The position numbers and the translations under genes are program-made. A model generated the notes under the pieces. The model had not been told where the DNA came from. It saw only the letters and a list, made by a program, of their open reading frames with translations, and searched no databases. Positions 25,095 through 37,617 of a stretch of 64,000 bases of DNA are shown in pieces (position 1 is the stretch's first letter; each line of letters starts with the position of its first letter). Source of the stretch: Raillietiella orientalis (Eukaryota); NCBI GenBank assembly GCA_036172245.1, contig JAYWIR010000024.1, forward strand, positions 682,001 to 746,000. Direction: 5' to 3'.

Positions 25095-26920
25095 AGTTTA
25101 TTACTAAAAATTAACAAGCAACGGTTGATGGCAACACCTCTGGTCCTGTCCTGTCCAAATGTTCAGGGGAAGATGCCAAGATGCTGGTACTTTGACTGGC
25201 GAGGTCCATTTCGGTAACAAAGGAGAGGGGAGCAAAAAAAAAATCAAAACAAAACGAAAATCGATAAATAAATATAAAAGACTCCAGGGGAACTTCGGGA
25301 ATGGATCACGGTACGCTGTTCGGCATGGTGCCCAGATGGGGCCATCTTCTTGCCATCCACAGGAAGCGAACGGCGAAGTGGATGGCGTCCTGACGATCCA
25401 GGCCACCACAATCCTGCGAATGCAGCAAACAGCTGATGATGCGGAGCTGGCGGCAGCGCATCCCTCACGAGAAGGCGTTTAAAAGCCTCCCTGCGGTTGG
25501 TCCACGGGGGTTCGGAGGGAAGTCGTGAAACGTTCGCATAGGGGTCGGAGGTGAATACGATCTACAAGCAGATTCGGGTAGATTCTCGTTCTCCGCGATT
25601 GGAGCAGGTTGCATAGGGTGGGGTTACGAGATGGTTTGTTTGGTGAGCGACTTATAGAATTTTTTTTAATGTTTATGTAGTATTAATTTAATTGTTAGAG
25701 AATGAGTTAATTTAACGAGCAATGGGATGTGAGTGGAATATAGTGTAAAAGGAATGTTGATGGATTAGAAAAATTTTATGTTATATTCGTGTTTAGTTAT
25801 GGATTTATTTGGAGTAGATTTGATAGTTATATATTTTACTTTAATGTGTATTGGAGGATTAGATTAGATTGAGGGCTTTAAACGATTAGATTATGAAATT
25901 AATGATAGGTTTTGTTTTATGATGATATTTAAAAATTCTAAAGAATATTTAAGTGAAGTTCGGGTTTAAGTCTCCTGGGTCCACTGATGCCAGTGGACAT
26001 TTCACGGGAGACCCCAGAGCAACATGAGTAGCTTCGAACCTTGCCACTTGAGGGGGAGGAAGCGACTGTGGATGAACACCGCCTCAGGCCTCAGATCTAC
26101 CAAGGGAATCTCCAGGAGCAGGGTTCAGACGGCACTATCACCCACATTTTCGAAGATTTCTGCTCCCAAGAGCACAGCGCACGACTGTTCCCTTGCCTTT
26201 TTGTCGGAAAGTCCACTTTGCCAACGTAGGGGTGATTTTCACCCACTCCCGCTTTTTGTTTTTGTTTTCCTTGCCACCTCTGTCCGGGTGGCTTCTCCTC
26301 CACCTTCCAATGCTCCTCGCTCGAAAGTTTATCGATCACACGGGAAGACTCAAAGGACGCGTTCGTGACCCTGTGCTTTTTCCCTCTGCTGCTTTTTCCT
26401 TCCTTGCTTTCTGTGGAGAGTTTGCAGACATGTTGGGGAACATCGCCTTGATGTGACCACAGAGAAGACACGCCATAATGGGGGACAGTTTTTTTAACAT
26501 GTCCAATCTTTTTGCATCGGCTGCACACTTTCGCCTTCCTGCAGGTCCATCGCTGCCTACCTGCCTATGTACGGCTCCTCTGGAAGCTCACCGCTTTCCT
26601 CTTCGTTTTATTATGAAACGTGCTTCAGCCAAACCATCCGGAGCATCCTCATAAGGAGTACAAAGCCGCGGAAGGATGTACATGTAGCAGCGAGGGACAT
26701 CCTCACGGGTCTCATTGAAAAAAGAAAGTGTCATCAGGAATTGCGGCCAAACTCCTCTCTGAACTCCCTGCTATACCCTGCAAAAGATTCAAAAAGCAAA
26801 TCGTAAGCTTTAGGAGGAATAGTGAGTGCTTCTCACGACCTCCTCTATTCCCACAAGCAGTGGGATCATTTTATCAGAGCACACGTTGTAACGAAAACTC
26901 AACAACGGTTTAAGCACACT
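25095..26920 (-). mobile_element. Non-LTR element pieces: ORF1 with zinc knuckles (26920-25970) followed by a 3' end with polyA signal (25970-25095)
   Basis: CSRCKKIGHVKK.CP-like knuckle at about 26530-26480 and a second degenerate knuckle. T-rich 3'UTR and AATAAA on the minus strand at about 25095-25100. Confidence 0.6.
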
Positions 26921-29740
26921 TTTAACCGAGGTCGCTACAGCACTTTCGCACTGCTGTCACTGGAGTCCGCACAGGATGTCGCATTCTTGTGCTCCGTTTT
27001 GACACCTTTCGATTGCAGATCGTCACTTTTGGGGGAGGGAGAGCAGGGGAAGTCAGTGATGCTTTGCACTCATGAGGACATCTGCAGTTTCTGCAGGATG
27101 TACCTGAGAGTCCATGCAGGCACCCTTCCGAAATAACGAGTTCCGGATGGTCGCCAGGCCTTCTTAGGCAGTCCTCGCAAGATCTGTTTCGTCGGCACAT
27201 CTGTCTCTTGGAGGAGCTTTCACCTTCGCAACAGGATGCTAGTGATGAAGAAGGCTAAAGTCGCCTGCATCATCGGGTTCTCCTCCGGGACCAATCTGCT
27301 ACCATGAAAAGAGTCCACTTAGGATTTCGGTTGGCAACACGTTTTTCAGACCCTTCGAACGTTTTTCAGACCTGTAACTGTAACACTTCGAGCAGCTGTC
27401 CATCATTGATTAGTGCCCGACAAGTGAGCATGTTGTGTTGGCTCTCCTGGTCATCATATTCTCTCCAGGCTCCATCCTGACTTCTCTCTGTGATGTGCTG
27501 AAGTCGGACATCGTGCTCGAGATCTTCGTGGCAAAAGAGCAGGAGGCCATCTCGTGTTTCCGGTGGTAGGTGCGTCCTCCAGATCACCGGTCCGATCGCG
27601 GGGCATGATTTAAGTTGTGCGGAAACGGTGAACTGCCGCTGTAAGGACTCCCTCCTCCGTGTCCGGTCTGCTGATGCTGTCTTTCGAGTTGGCTTTCTGT
27701 AGCTTATGACATTATTCTTGGCCTTCTTTGCAGAGTTCCCTGACCGGTGAGTCATTCTGCCTCTCATGTCGTCATGCACTGGAACAGCGGCATCGCGTGA
27801 TGATTGCCACTCATGAAGAGCTGTTCACAGTGTCCAATCTTCAGATGTATCCCCCGGTAAATCCACTGCATAGTGTCTGATGACAAGGTGACGAAGCAGT
27901 TAATCACCAGAGCCAATTTCTCGCTCCATTCTTCGTGCTTCTGGGCAAGACTTTTAGCCGGCAGGTGTTGACTAGCAGCTGCCTCTTTCGCAACTACGTA
28001 TGGTCGACTGAATCCCATTGGTTGTCCTTCATCATCAGAATTGACATCGTGTCTCTGGGTTCGTACAGCAGCTTGCCATAGACTCTGTGATTAGTGTAAA
28101 GCCACTCATCCCATCCCAGTTCTTCATGGCCTCCAGGAGTTGCCGAGAGTTCGTGAGCTGGGTTTCTCACTCTGTCACCGAAAGCTTGCACCGAAATGTT
28201 TTTATTTCGTGCCATCTTCGTCGCTCGGGTGGCACAGGTGCTTGAGCTTTAGCCGAGGTCAATAGTTGCTCCACAACAGATTGCTCTTGATCCTTTCCAG
28301 TTTTTTCTTGTTGGTGTGTCTCAGCGGGTAAAGGGCCTCCCCGAAGAGTGCTTAAGAAGAAACACTCTGTTCCAGAAGTTGGCTTCCTTACTGAAGCAGA
28401 ACTCAGCACGATTGCACTGGTAAACAAGCATCTCCAAGGCAGGTGTCCTGGCACTTGATCCGGTCCTCCACTCGGAAACTCTAATCCATCAGCTTAATGA
28501 GGTCCAGGATCTCGATGGGCAAGGTTTTGCATTAATGGGCGTTGATTTTGAAGCCATCCTAGTTCCGTTCATCTGACTATCCCCAGGAACACATACTGAT
28601 CCTTATGATCTTTCAAGAAGAACAGAAGGCCGTCTGTGTACTCCAGGTGAGTCAGGCACTAGTGGTCGACTTTGGTTTCTTGGTTCATACTCGACCGTGG
28701 ACGACAGAGCTTCTAATTGGACAGGCTCCATGTAGGTGACGAAGAGCATGAGACTGAAGGCTTCATTGGAGAATTTCCTTAGCTATCCAAATATCTCTCG
28801 TTTCTTGTCCATTAAGGTGGAAGTTCAGGTCATTTGCACGTAGTTCGTAAAGTATGGTGGGAAGACCAGCTCGTCCAGACTTCTAAGGAGCATCCCATGA
28901 TTCATGGTGTCGAAAGCCGTATCCGTGAAGCCCAGCACCAAATTGTCGCCGACGTACTGGCTGTAGCCGGTGATGGGCTGGGCACACTTCGTATTCGCGG
29001 ACATGCAGCATCCAGGCATTGCACACGTCTGCGTTGGGGAGATGATCGATGCTAAAGCGTCTATCCAGTGAGTGTCCATTTGGCATCCGTGTTCAGGATG
29101 GAGATGGATCTCCACTGAGCGACTTTTATTAGATGGCTTTTGGCAGCAGCCTCATCGTACTTGCCTGGAGCGACGCCGGGAACACTTGTTCTTCCCTGAC
29201 GCTGTTCGCTGCTTGTGGAACAAACGTAGGTAGGTGTGCAGGTACTTCTGATAATCTTCTGATGGGCACACTATCGGAGCCTGCTGCCACGTCCTTGCAC
29301 AGTCCCACAAACGCAACATCCCTTGATTTCCTCGTTCGTGATCCCTTGTTCCAGGCAATCCTGCTGGTCTTGGTCATGTCGTCTCGCATTTGTCTCAGAA
29401 TGACTTGCATCTCCTTCGGGCACAGATCTCGACGTCGGAACTGGAAGGTATAATGCTCTTGGAACGCCTCCGCGATCCTTCCCGATGTGTGCCGAAGCTT
29501 ATTTTGGAATTCGGTGGAAAAAATATCTGTGGAGATGTTCTTCTCCATCAGCTGGCTTCCCCTTCCACGTTGTGGAAGACGTACCATCTCTCATACTGGT
29601 CTCAGTGCTGAGAAAAGGAGCGCTCGTGGATGTTCAGCTCCCAGTACGTTTCCTGCCTCAACTTCCTGATTCAGTATTGCATGTTGGAGAACCTGTGAAA
29701 GGTGTGCTTCAGGAAGCATAACAAGTGCCACTCACGCTAA
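26920..29740 (-). mobile_element. Decayed L1/Tx1-like non-LTR retrotransposon ORF2 (RT and C-terminal region)
   Basis: MRLLPK (~29140), GFTDTAFDTMNHGMLLRSLDELVFP (~28900), HLEYTDG (YADD equivalent, ~28640), KHEEW and a later CRNC. Confidence 0.75.
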
Positions 29741-30535
29741 TAAACCCTGTAAGTTAATGCAGCACGGAAACAATTCTTTAAAATGTGGTGTGCTCAGACT
29801 CACGTTGATGATGTTTTTTTGTTGCCTAGATACTGTTTGGAATATTGTTGTTGTTGTTTTTTAGTATGTGTTTATTTTTAAATAAAATGATCCCCTCGTT
29901 TGTCAGACTAAGAAAAATATTTATTATGGCATTTTAACAGTGCGAGAGTTTAACTATAATTAATAACTTTGGACTTTTTGCTGAAAGCAGTTTTTTTATT
30001 CTTTGGTACGTAAAATGCGAAGTCTGAGTAATGAAATGAAAGTTCCTACGTTATTTTACATAATGGATTATAGAAGTGGACATCAATGTCCTGAACTTTT
30101 GTGTGCAAGAAACATTGCCTAATTATTTCACAAAAAGATAGAGTTGCATAAGGGAGTACGCTACTTAAGCATGGAGATGTCATTATCTAAAGTATTGGGG
30201 GCTTTATACTTTTTTCCATTATGCCACGAACGCAAGTACTTTGCCTTGAAAATCTTTTTCCATACAAGGTTTTCACTTAGCTTAGAAAAATTCGATAATA
30301 AACAAAAAATGGATTTAGTTAAATTTTGTTTTCGAAAAGGCAATCACTTTCTCCTGACCCTCATAGTCGTCCGTTTGTTTGTCCAAGAGTTGGTTTGCCT
30401 TCGTGAAATGAATAGTACATTTTGTTGTACTTCCAGGTATACTTGAGGATTCGTTAATCTATTTTAATTCTCAAAATCATATTCAGGTGCTCAGCGATCA
30501 TAAGGTTCAAGTTTCGCTCACGAATAGCCAAAACA

Positions 30536-30596
30536 CTCTCCATGAAGATGTATAAAGAATTGTTGTTATTCTTTCTTTATCCATCTTCATGGAGAG
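30536..30596. other. 61-nt hairpin (24-bp stem with one mismatch, 13-nt loop), pre-miRNA-like geometry
   Basis: Arms ctctccatgaagatgtataaagaa and ttctttatccatcttcatggagag. Flanking aaaa/tttt could extend the stem. The structure is seen directly; its function is unknown. Confidence 0.5.
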
Positions 30597-33500
30597 CTTT
30601 TATGTAACCTTCTTACTGCATGCAAAGAAAGTAACTAATGCAGTCATTCGATATTCCGGTTTTTCCCATGCAGAAGTGAATAGGAAATACTTGCTGCAAG
30701 TGTACACTGCGTCGTCAAATAATCTTCCATTATAGCATGCTAGATTGCTGGAATAGCAGCTCCGCCAACCTCAAAAAGCACGTTTGCTGTTTCTCACACC
30801 AAAGGTAAAAAAGTATCTGAGCACTTGTCGACATTTGTCTGAATTGGCGTAAAGTAAGAATTGATGTGTCGAATATAAATATGTCCCGAGAACGCAGACA
30901 GGAATCATCAGCAACGGAAAAACTGCGATCATCCGTTGCGAACTCAGGAAGAAAGTTTCTGTCTTTCAAACACTCAAAAAGAGAATGCTTTCTAGAGAGA
31001 ACTTCGATATATGACTCAAAAAAAACACGTTTATCAGGCATGAGAGACCGCCGACACCATCTAGACTGAAACATTTTCTTTTGAATCATCATCTGTGTCA
31101 AATATGGGAAACCTATAGCACATGGAGTCTTTGGCTACCCACGAGACTTTTTCAAAATTGGAATCTACCTTACTGAGGTTTCATTTAGCATTATTGTTTT
31201 CGCTTCTTCTTTAAAACCGCTTTGTTTCTTCATGTTTTATGAATAATTGTCTGACAGAATAAACCTGTTTTTCTACTTCTTTTATTCATTTTTTCTTGAG
31301 TCTTTCCCTAGCATTGACCACTCGAGAAATTCTCTAATAGTTGAACAGTGATCTGATTGGTATAACATGGATGAACAGAAAATAAACAAAGAAATTTTAA
31401 GCAAAAATATTAATGACTGTAAATTCAAGAAATTGATTTTTGTTGTATGTGCCTCCGTATATTTGAACGACCCATTGCAAGGAAAAAAAGTCCATTGCTG
31501 AATACAGTCCTCATGTGTATGAATAACGTGTGTTTAATAGTGTATGGTTTATATAGACTCTATTTTAAGCATACACTCTATGAAAATATTTATAGATGTT
31601 TTTGATTGTTTGTCTAGATAATTTTTATTCGAAATGTAGATGTTGGTACGAAGACACCTAGCATTAGCATTCACTTTGAAAGAAAAAGTGTTTTTATAGT
31701 TCTTTTTTTTTCTTGCAACTGATGACAAAAATCTAGTTTCAGTTTGCATTTCAGTAAGCAATGTTTGCACCAACGCCAAATTCTCGAATGCGTAGGTATC
31801 GGAAGGCTCATGGATGATCACAGAAAATGGAGTTATAGGAAAAATAGCGATTTCGTTAAGTGAAATTCAAAATCAAACGAAAGGGGTGAGGAAACAAAGA
31901 AGCTATTTCGTTTTAATCAGAATTTTCCGTAGTCAGTAAGGAATAACCTATGCAATGGAAAAGCATCCCAAGATTCATGTGTCGACACACTTGAAAACCT
32001 CATTATGGCTGCCTAATTTCGTAGATTAATAATGCCAGGAGAGAGCATTGTCTCAGAAATATCAAAGTAGTTTCACGTCACACGACCAAAAGTGGATGCT
32101 CTATCATCACAAGAATTTACGAGTTTCGAAAATGAATTTGTTCAGCTTGCTTTCTTCATATAAAGTCATATCAATTCATATCAAAGAATGATCTATTCAA
32201 GAATCCCCATCATCTGACTAAACGGCATCCTCGCTGTGTTTATAATTTCAAATAAATGTCTTTATAAAAGACATGTATTTAAAATGTTTTCTATTTAAAC
32301 ATCTAACATTTCTATTTGAACATCTGTTTCTTATTTAAACATCTTAGAACGCTGCACTCGGCCATAAAAGCCAGACTCTTACACAAGTTTCATTGCGCTT
32401 GAAAATTTCGAGTTTGTAAGAAACCTATAAAATAACTCCATTTTCTCGCAGGTAAACTGCAAAAACATGCAAAACAAAAGATGAAATATCACAATTCACA
32501 GCAGAAATTCGGTCTCATTCCAATCTTCCATAACATTTTAGCAAACTAATCGGATCACCGGAGGTTGGTCTTCATTTGCAGCTCCTGTAGATGAATCTTT
32601 AAAGTACTTGACGACACTCAACGGTTTTCTCTGCAAAAGATGGTCGGCATTTCTTTTTGGAGAAGTAATAATGTTCTGCGGAGTCCTCCGGGACGGATGA
32701 ATCTCTACTTCTCAAAAGGGGTTAGTGTGCTTCACCTGGGAAATTATTCGTAGCCTCCCAATTGCTTTCCTTCTTGTTTTGCTTTCCTTCACCTGGGAAG
32801 CAAAACAAGTTTTAAATGCCTCGCGGAAAATCCTGTAGGGTTTTAGAAGATCATTGTGAGATTTCCACACCTCTTCATCCGTAGCCAAGACACGGGCCTG
32901 ATATTGTTCTTAGAATGTATCGAAGTATATGCATCATTCCAAAAATTAGCCTCAATGGAAAAACTGTGTAACTCTTACTTGATTTCTTCTGGAAAGTGTT
33001 CTTCTTAAGAGCTTCGTGAACTTCGACAGGAGCCTCATCAATCGTCTTCTGCACCATACCTTGAGATCTTTACGAAGTTTCTGCTGAGTCCAATACGAAC
33101 CGGTTTGTAAAGCACCATACAACGTACTAGATCTAAGCCCCTGGAATGGATAAAAGGATCGTTTTCAAGTGAAAGGATCGTTAACAAGAGTGAAATCATT
33201 AATTTGAAGTGATTCTCCTTGCCGAGGGCCTAGACTGTTTGCATCCATCTTCTAAGGCGCATCCCTATGTCTTCATCGATGAACTGCGCTCTCTTCCTCT
33301 TCGACAAATCTAGAGAGAGAAAGATGGGGATTCTCTTGCATCATAAGAGGTAAACCACAGGACTAAGTGAGCTGCAAATCCCTTTTGATCATTAGAGGAC
33401 GATGCAGATGGCGAACGAAGCTTCGCAAAGAGCATTTACTGACTCTTCAGAAATAGGAGGAATTTCTTGGAACTCACCATGAAGTTTGAATCTCAGGTTT

Positions 33501-33699
33501 CTTTCTACATATTTCCATTCTTCACTTCCGTTCCAATATTTTTCAATCTTGCTGGTACATTAGAACCTTCCTGCATTGAAAAACAGTTTCGTGTCTCGAA
33601 GAGAAAGATTTCCAAAAATGAGCGCTATGTTGTATCGAGGAGTCCTTTCTTCGAAAGCTTGTGGAATGTGAAAGAGCTGCAACATGGATAGGAACACAG

Positions 33700-33900
33700 C
33701 TCAAATGCTCTGAACTACCCTGATTACTCTCTTCCAGACCCCATGTACTCCTTCCACTCTACCATGAGCCTTCTGATTGGAAAAGTTTTACCACATACTG
33801 ACAGCAGCAGTGGCTCGTTTAGCCGGGAGGATGGCATCCTAGACCATTGCTCATGAGTCGCTGCCGACTTGAAAGCTGCATTTGACAGTGGATAAGAAAT
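33700..33900 (+). mobile_element. Small non-LTR RT remnant
   Basis: ADLKAAFDS at ~33865 (RT motif DL..AFDSV), preceded by a degenerate NYP..SL. Confidence 0.45.
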
Positions 33901-35079
33901 TCTCTCCCTTCTTTATTCTCGATTCAAGCCCTCTAGAGTCATTAGCATGAAGACGGTTCTTATCCGTATTTATTTATTTGTCCTTCCAATCCTTTCCAAT
34001 CCATTCTTTTCCCAAATGCGCTAAATTTTCTGTTAACTAAAGAAGGAGGGAACAAACATTAGCAATGTAGAATTTCTGTCATCACTCACTGTTTTACGAA
34101 CCATTATTTATTTTCATTAGGAATGGTAATAACCTGTCAGTTTTTCGCTCATATGATTTGTTGTTCACGGTTAGCCGTGTGTAAATCGGCTTAATGCATC
34201 AAGTGTTGAAGTGTGGCTAAAGCAAGGTGCACATGCTAGTTTCAAAATACTAATTTGTTTTGGTGCAACTGATTTTTCATTAATCTCATGTTTAAAAACG
34301 CCTTTCACAAAGGCGACAGGCGCGTTTTTGTTCGATAATATACTTTCAACATATTCTCTTCCGATCAAGAACTGTTCGTCGTGTCTCTTAATAAAACGAT
34401 AGTTTCAGAAACGGATGTGTACGCCCATCGTGCTGTGATAATTCTTACAAATAGGTTTGGATAAGATAGTTATTTTACAAAATCCTTCGAAGTCTTTATG
34501 TAGACATCTTCGTTGCCTCCACATAAATGTTTGGTAGGAATAGAAGTTTCCGAAATAGTCATCCTTGTATGCATTCTTCTTGTTCATTCATTGAATATCT
34601 AGCTGATTCATTAACTGGAAACTACATGTCTTTGATTCTGACCTCCTGACTCCATCACTGGTTTCTCAGTGGCAGGGTGCTGCCTATAGAAACAGCCTTA
34701 GTGATTTATCATTACCCTGTTCTCTTTGCTAAAAAATAGCACCTTTTTGTTGATATTGTTACCGAAACTGGTTTGCGATTGTGTAAACGGTGAAATATGA
34801 GGGGTGTGGTTCCATAATTCCATGTATACAATGCAATTCCTTAGAAAATCTCGATGATTTTACTGAAATCTCCGAATAGTGATAATATACTTTCCCCAGT
34901 ATATTTGATAATCTCAACTCTATACCCTAATGAGTATAATTCTACCTTAACCGAATGCTTGTGATCTTAGAGCCAGTTATCATTTGTTACTGTGTTTGAG
35001 ACTGATATATATGTAATTTTTGGCTTTCTAGGAATTGAAAGCCACATGAGAAGATTTTTCAATTCCATGGTGCATCACA

Positions 35080-37617
35080 ATGGAAAACAGGGTTACTTGT
35101 CAATTATCTGCTAAAGAAACACCGAAAAAAGTGTTATTTATACTATTTGTGTCTTTAGTTCTCGATTTATTGGCATTTACCCTGATATTACCATTATTAC
35201 CATCATTATTAGATTATTACAGAAAACATGATTCTTCAGGATTATTGCAGTTTGTTGATCATCAGATCATGCTGTTTTGTGATTACCTGAATATACCCCG
35301 TTCTTTCAACTCTGTGCTGTTTGGTGGTAAGATCCAAAGTGATTAAGAAAAAATAACAAAATTGAATAATAGGGATCTGTTTCTGTGAATTACAGGTCTA
35401 CTTGGTTCATTGTTTTCTGGTCTCCAGTTTGTTTCATCACCATTCCTAGGAAGTGTGTCTGATATATATGGACGTAAAATGGTCTTACTAATAAGTATGG
35501 TGAGTCACATATTGCAATGCAAGTTGTTAATGCATTTTTAGGCTGGATTATTGGTGTCATACATAGTATGGATGTCATCTGAAACTTTTGTAATGTTTGT
35601 AATTTCAAGAATAATTGGAGGCCTTAGCAAAGGAAACATAAGTTTAGCAATTGCTATTGTTGCTGATGTATCAGATGATAGAACCAGAAACAAAGGAATG
35701 GTGAACTTTTTAAATTATTATTCATTAATTGGATAATAAAGAACTAAAAAATGTTTTAAATCCGCTCTGTGAAAGTCATTCAAAGTTATTGAAGTTCTTA
35801 CATGCTTGCTATTTTGAAATGATTAATAGTTTGTATTTGAATCGATTTTAAACATTCAGAATCATCTTTAACGCATTTCTGAAACATTTTAGGCCCTTAT
35901 TGGAATTGCCTTTTCAATTGGTTTTGTTCTTGGTCCCATCATCGGAGCGTATTTCGCATTGAAAGGACAAAAGTATGGTGAAGAATGGATACATTTCCCA
36001 GCATTGGTTTCAGTGATCCTTATGACTTTGGATATATTACTTGTATCAACGTTTTTCTCAGAAACTTTGCCACAGGTTTCTACCTACTTTATTGCAAAAT
36101 TTTACCACAAGTCCATAATCAAGTTGCAACTAATCTGTTTGTTCTAGGATAAAAGAAAAGCAAGTCTTAAAGAAAGTGTAAAATCAGCTAGTGATTACAT
36201 AAGTGTGGTTTCCTTATTTAAGTTTTCTGCTGTTAAAGTATGTAATGCACATCGTATGTATCTCTCTAAATTTTTATGTTCATTGAATATTTGTATTTGT
36301 CGCATTTAGTTTTCATGTTGGGTGTTATATTGGAAATTATTTAATCTCTTCCATCTCAATGTAGTAAACAATTGAGAAAACTTGTATAGTAACGTTACAT
36401 ACTTGAAAATTAGCAGATACTTGTATATTTATGCACTCAGTGCAAGTGCCATTTTTTTTCTTCTAGAATTGGAGAAGTTGAAAATATTAGGACTATCATA
36501 TTTTTTATATTTATTGTTTTTCTCTGGATTGGAGTTCACATTAACTTTTCTTACACATCTGATGCTGAATTACAACTCCATGCAACAAGGAAAAATGTTC
36601 TGTTTCATTGGTATCCTTATGGTCATAACTCAGTCAACATTTACGAGAAATCTCCAGCCCGGTAAAGAATTACTTATTGCAAAAATGGTGAGATCATGCT
36701 TTTATTCTTGAAAAAATAGTTTTCTAGGCAAATAACATAGGAAATAACTAAACTAAATTATTATTTCAGAGTATAATTCTCATCATACCATCCTTTTTCA
36801 TTATAGGAATTGCTAAATCAAACACATTACTTTATCTTGGACTGTCAATGTATTCTGCAGGTTTGTTATGTTCATCTTTGGTTTTACAGGGTATTTGTTT
36901 GTAGTTTGTAATTGCTTGTTGTGGTTCTACTCTTAGAACAATGTTGATAACCATTTGTGAATTATTTCAAAGTTGGTTTTCTTTAATCAATTCATGTTTG
37001 TTATCTTTGTTGCTGTACAAGATTTGTGTAAAGCAATGTGAATTGTATTGCATGCTGAATTGAAATTTAAATCTTGGCCCAAAGATCCAAATATTATCCT
37101 TCAAATTTTTGTTTTTGAGATTCCTTTTCCATTTAGCATCTGGTATTTTTGTTCCTTGCATCACAACCAGTGTATCAAAAATTGGCAATATGGAAAAGGG
37201 GACAATACTAGGAATATTTAGAGCACTTGGAGCTTTGGCACGAGCTGTGGGCCCAATACTGGCATCTGTAGGTATGTCATTCAGGGTCAAAATATGATTA
37301 TTATTTCTAAAAAATGCTGCCTTTCAATAAGTGACAGAATGGTCTGATTGATCATTATGGAATTCATCATAGTTATATTTAAAACCATGTATAATAATTT
37401 CTACCCAAATGTCTTCCTTGAACAGTTGCATTTTGTAAGGACCAGTAATTTATCGGATCGATTATAGTAGTGTAATTTATGTGAGTATTGATTACAAATT
37501 TTTATTCCAGGATTTTGGTATTTTGGACCATTTGTAACGTATACAGCCGGAGGTGTTTTCATGTTACTCCCATATCAGCTTCTGAGGAAAGTGGTGCACG
37601 AAAATCATCAGGATTAG
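35080..37617 (+). CDS. MFSD10: Major facilitator superfamily domain-containing protein 10 (TETRAN/rtet-like), 9 coding exons
   Basis: LFVSLVLDLLAFTLILPLLPSLLDYY, FNSVLFGG-LLGSLFSGLQF...SDIYGRK, GGLSKGNISL, ALIGIAFSIGFVLGP, LFFSGLEFTLTFLTH, GIFRALGALARAVGP. GT-AG introns; stop TAG at 37615-37617. Confidence 0.93.
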
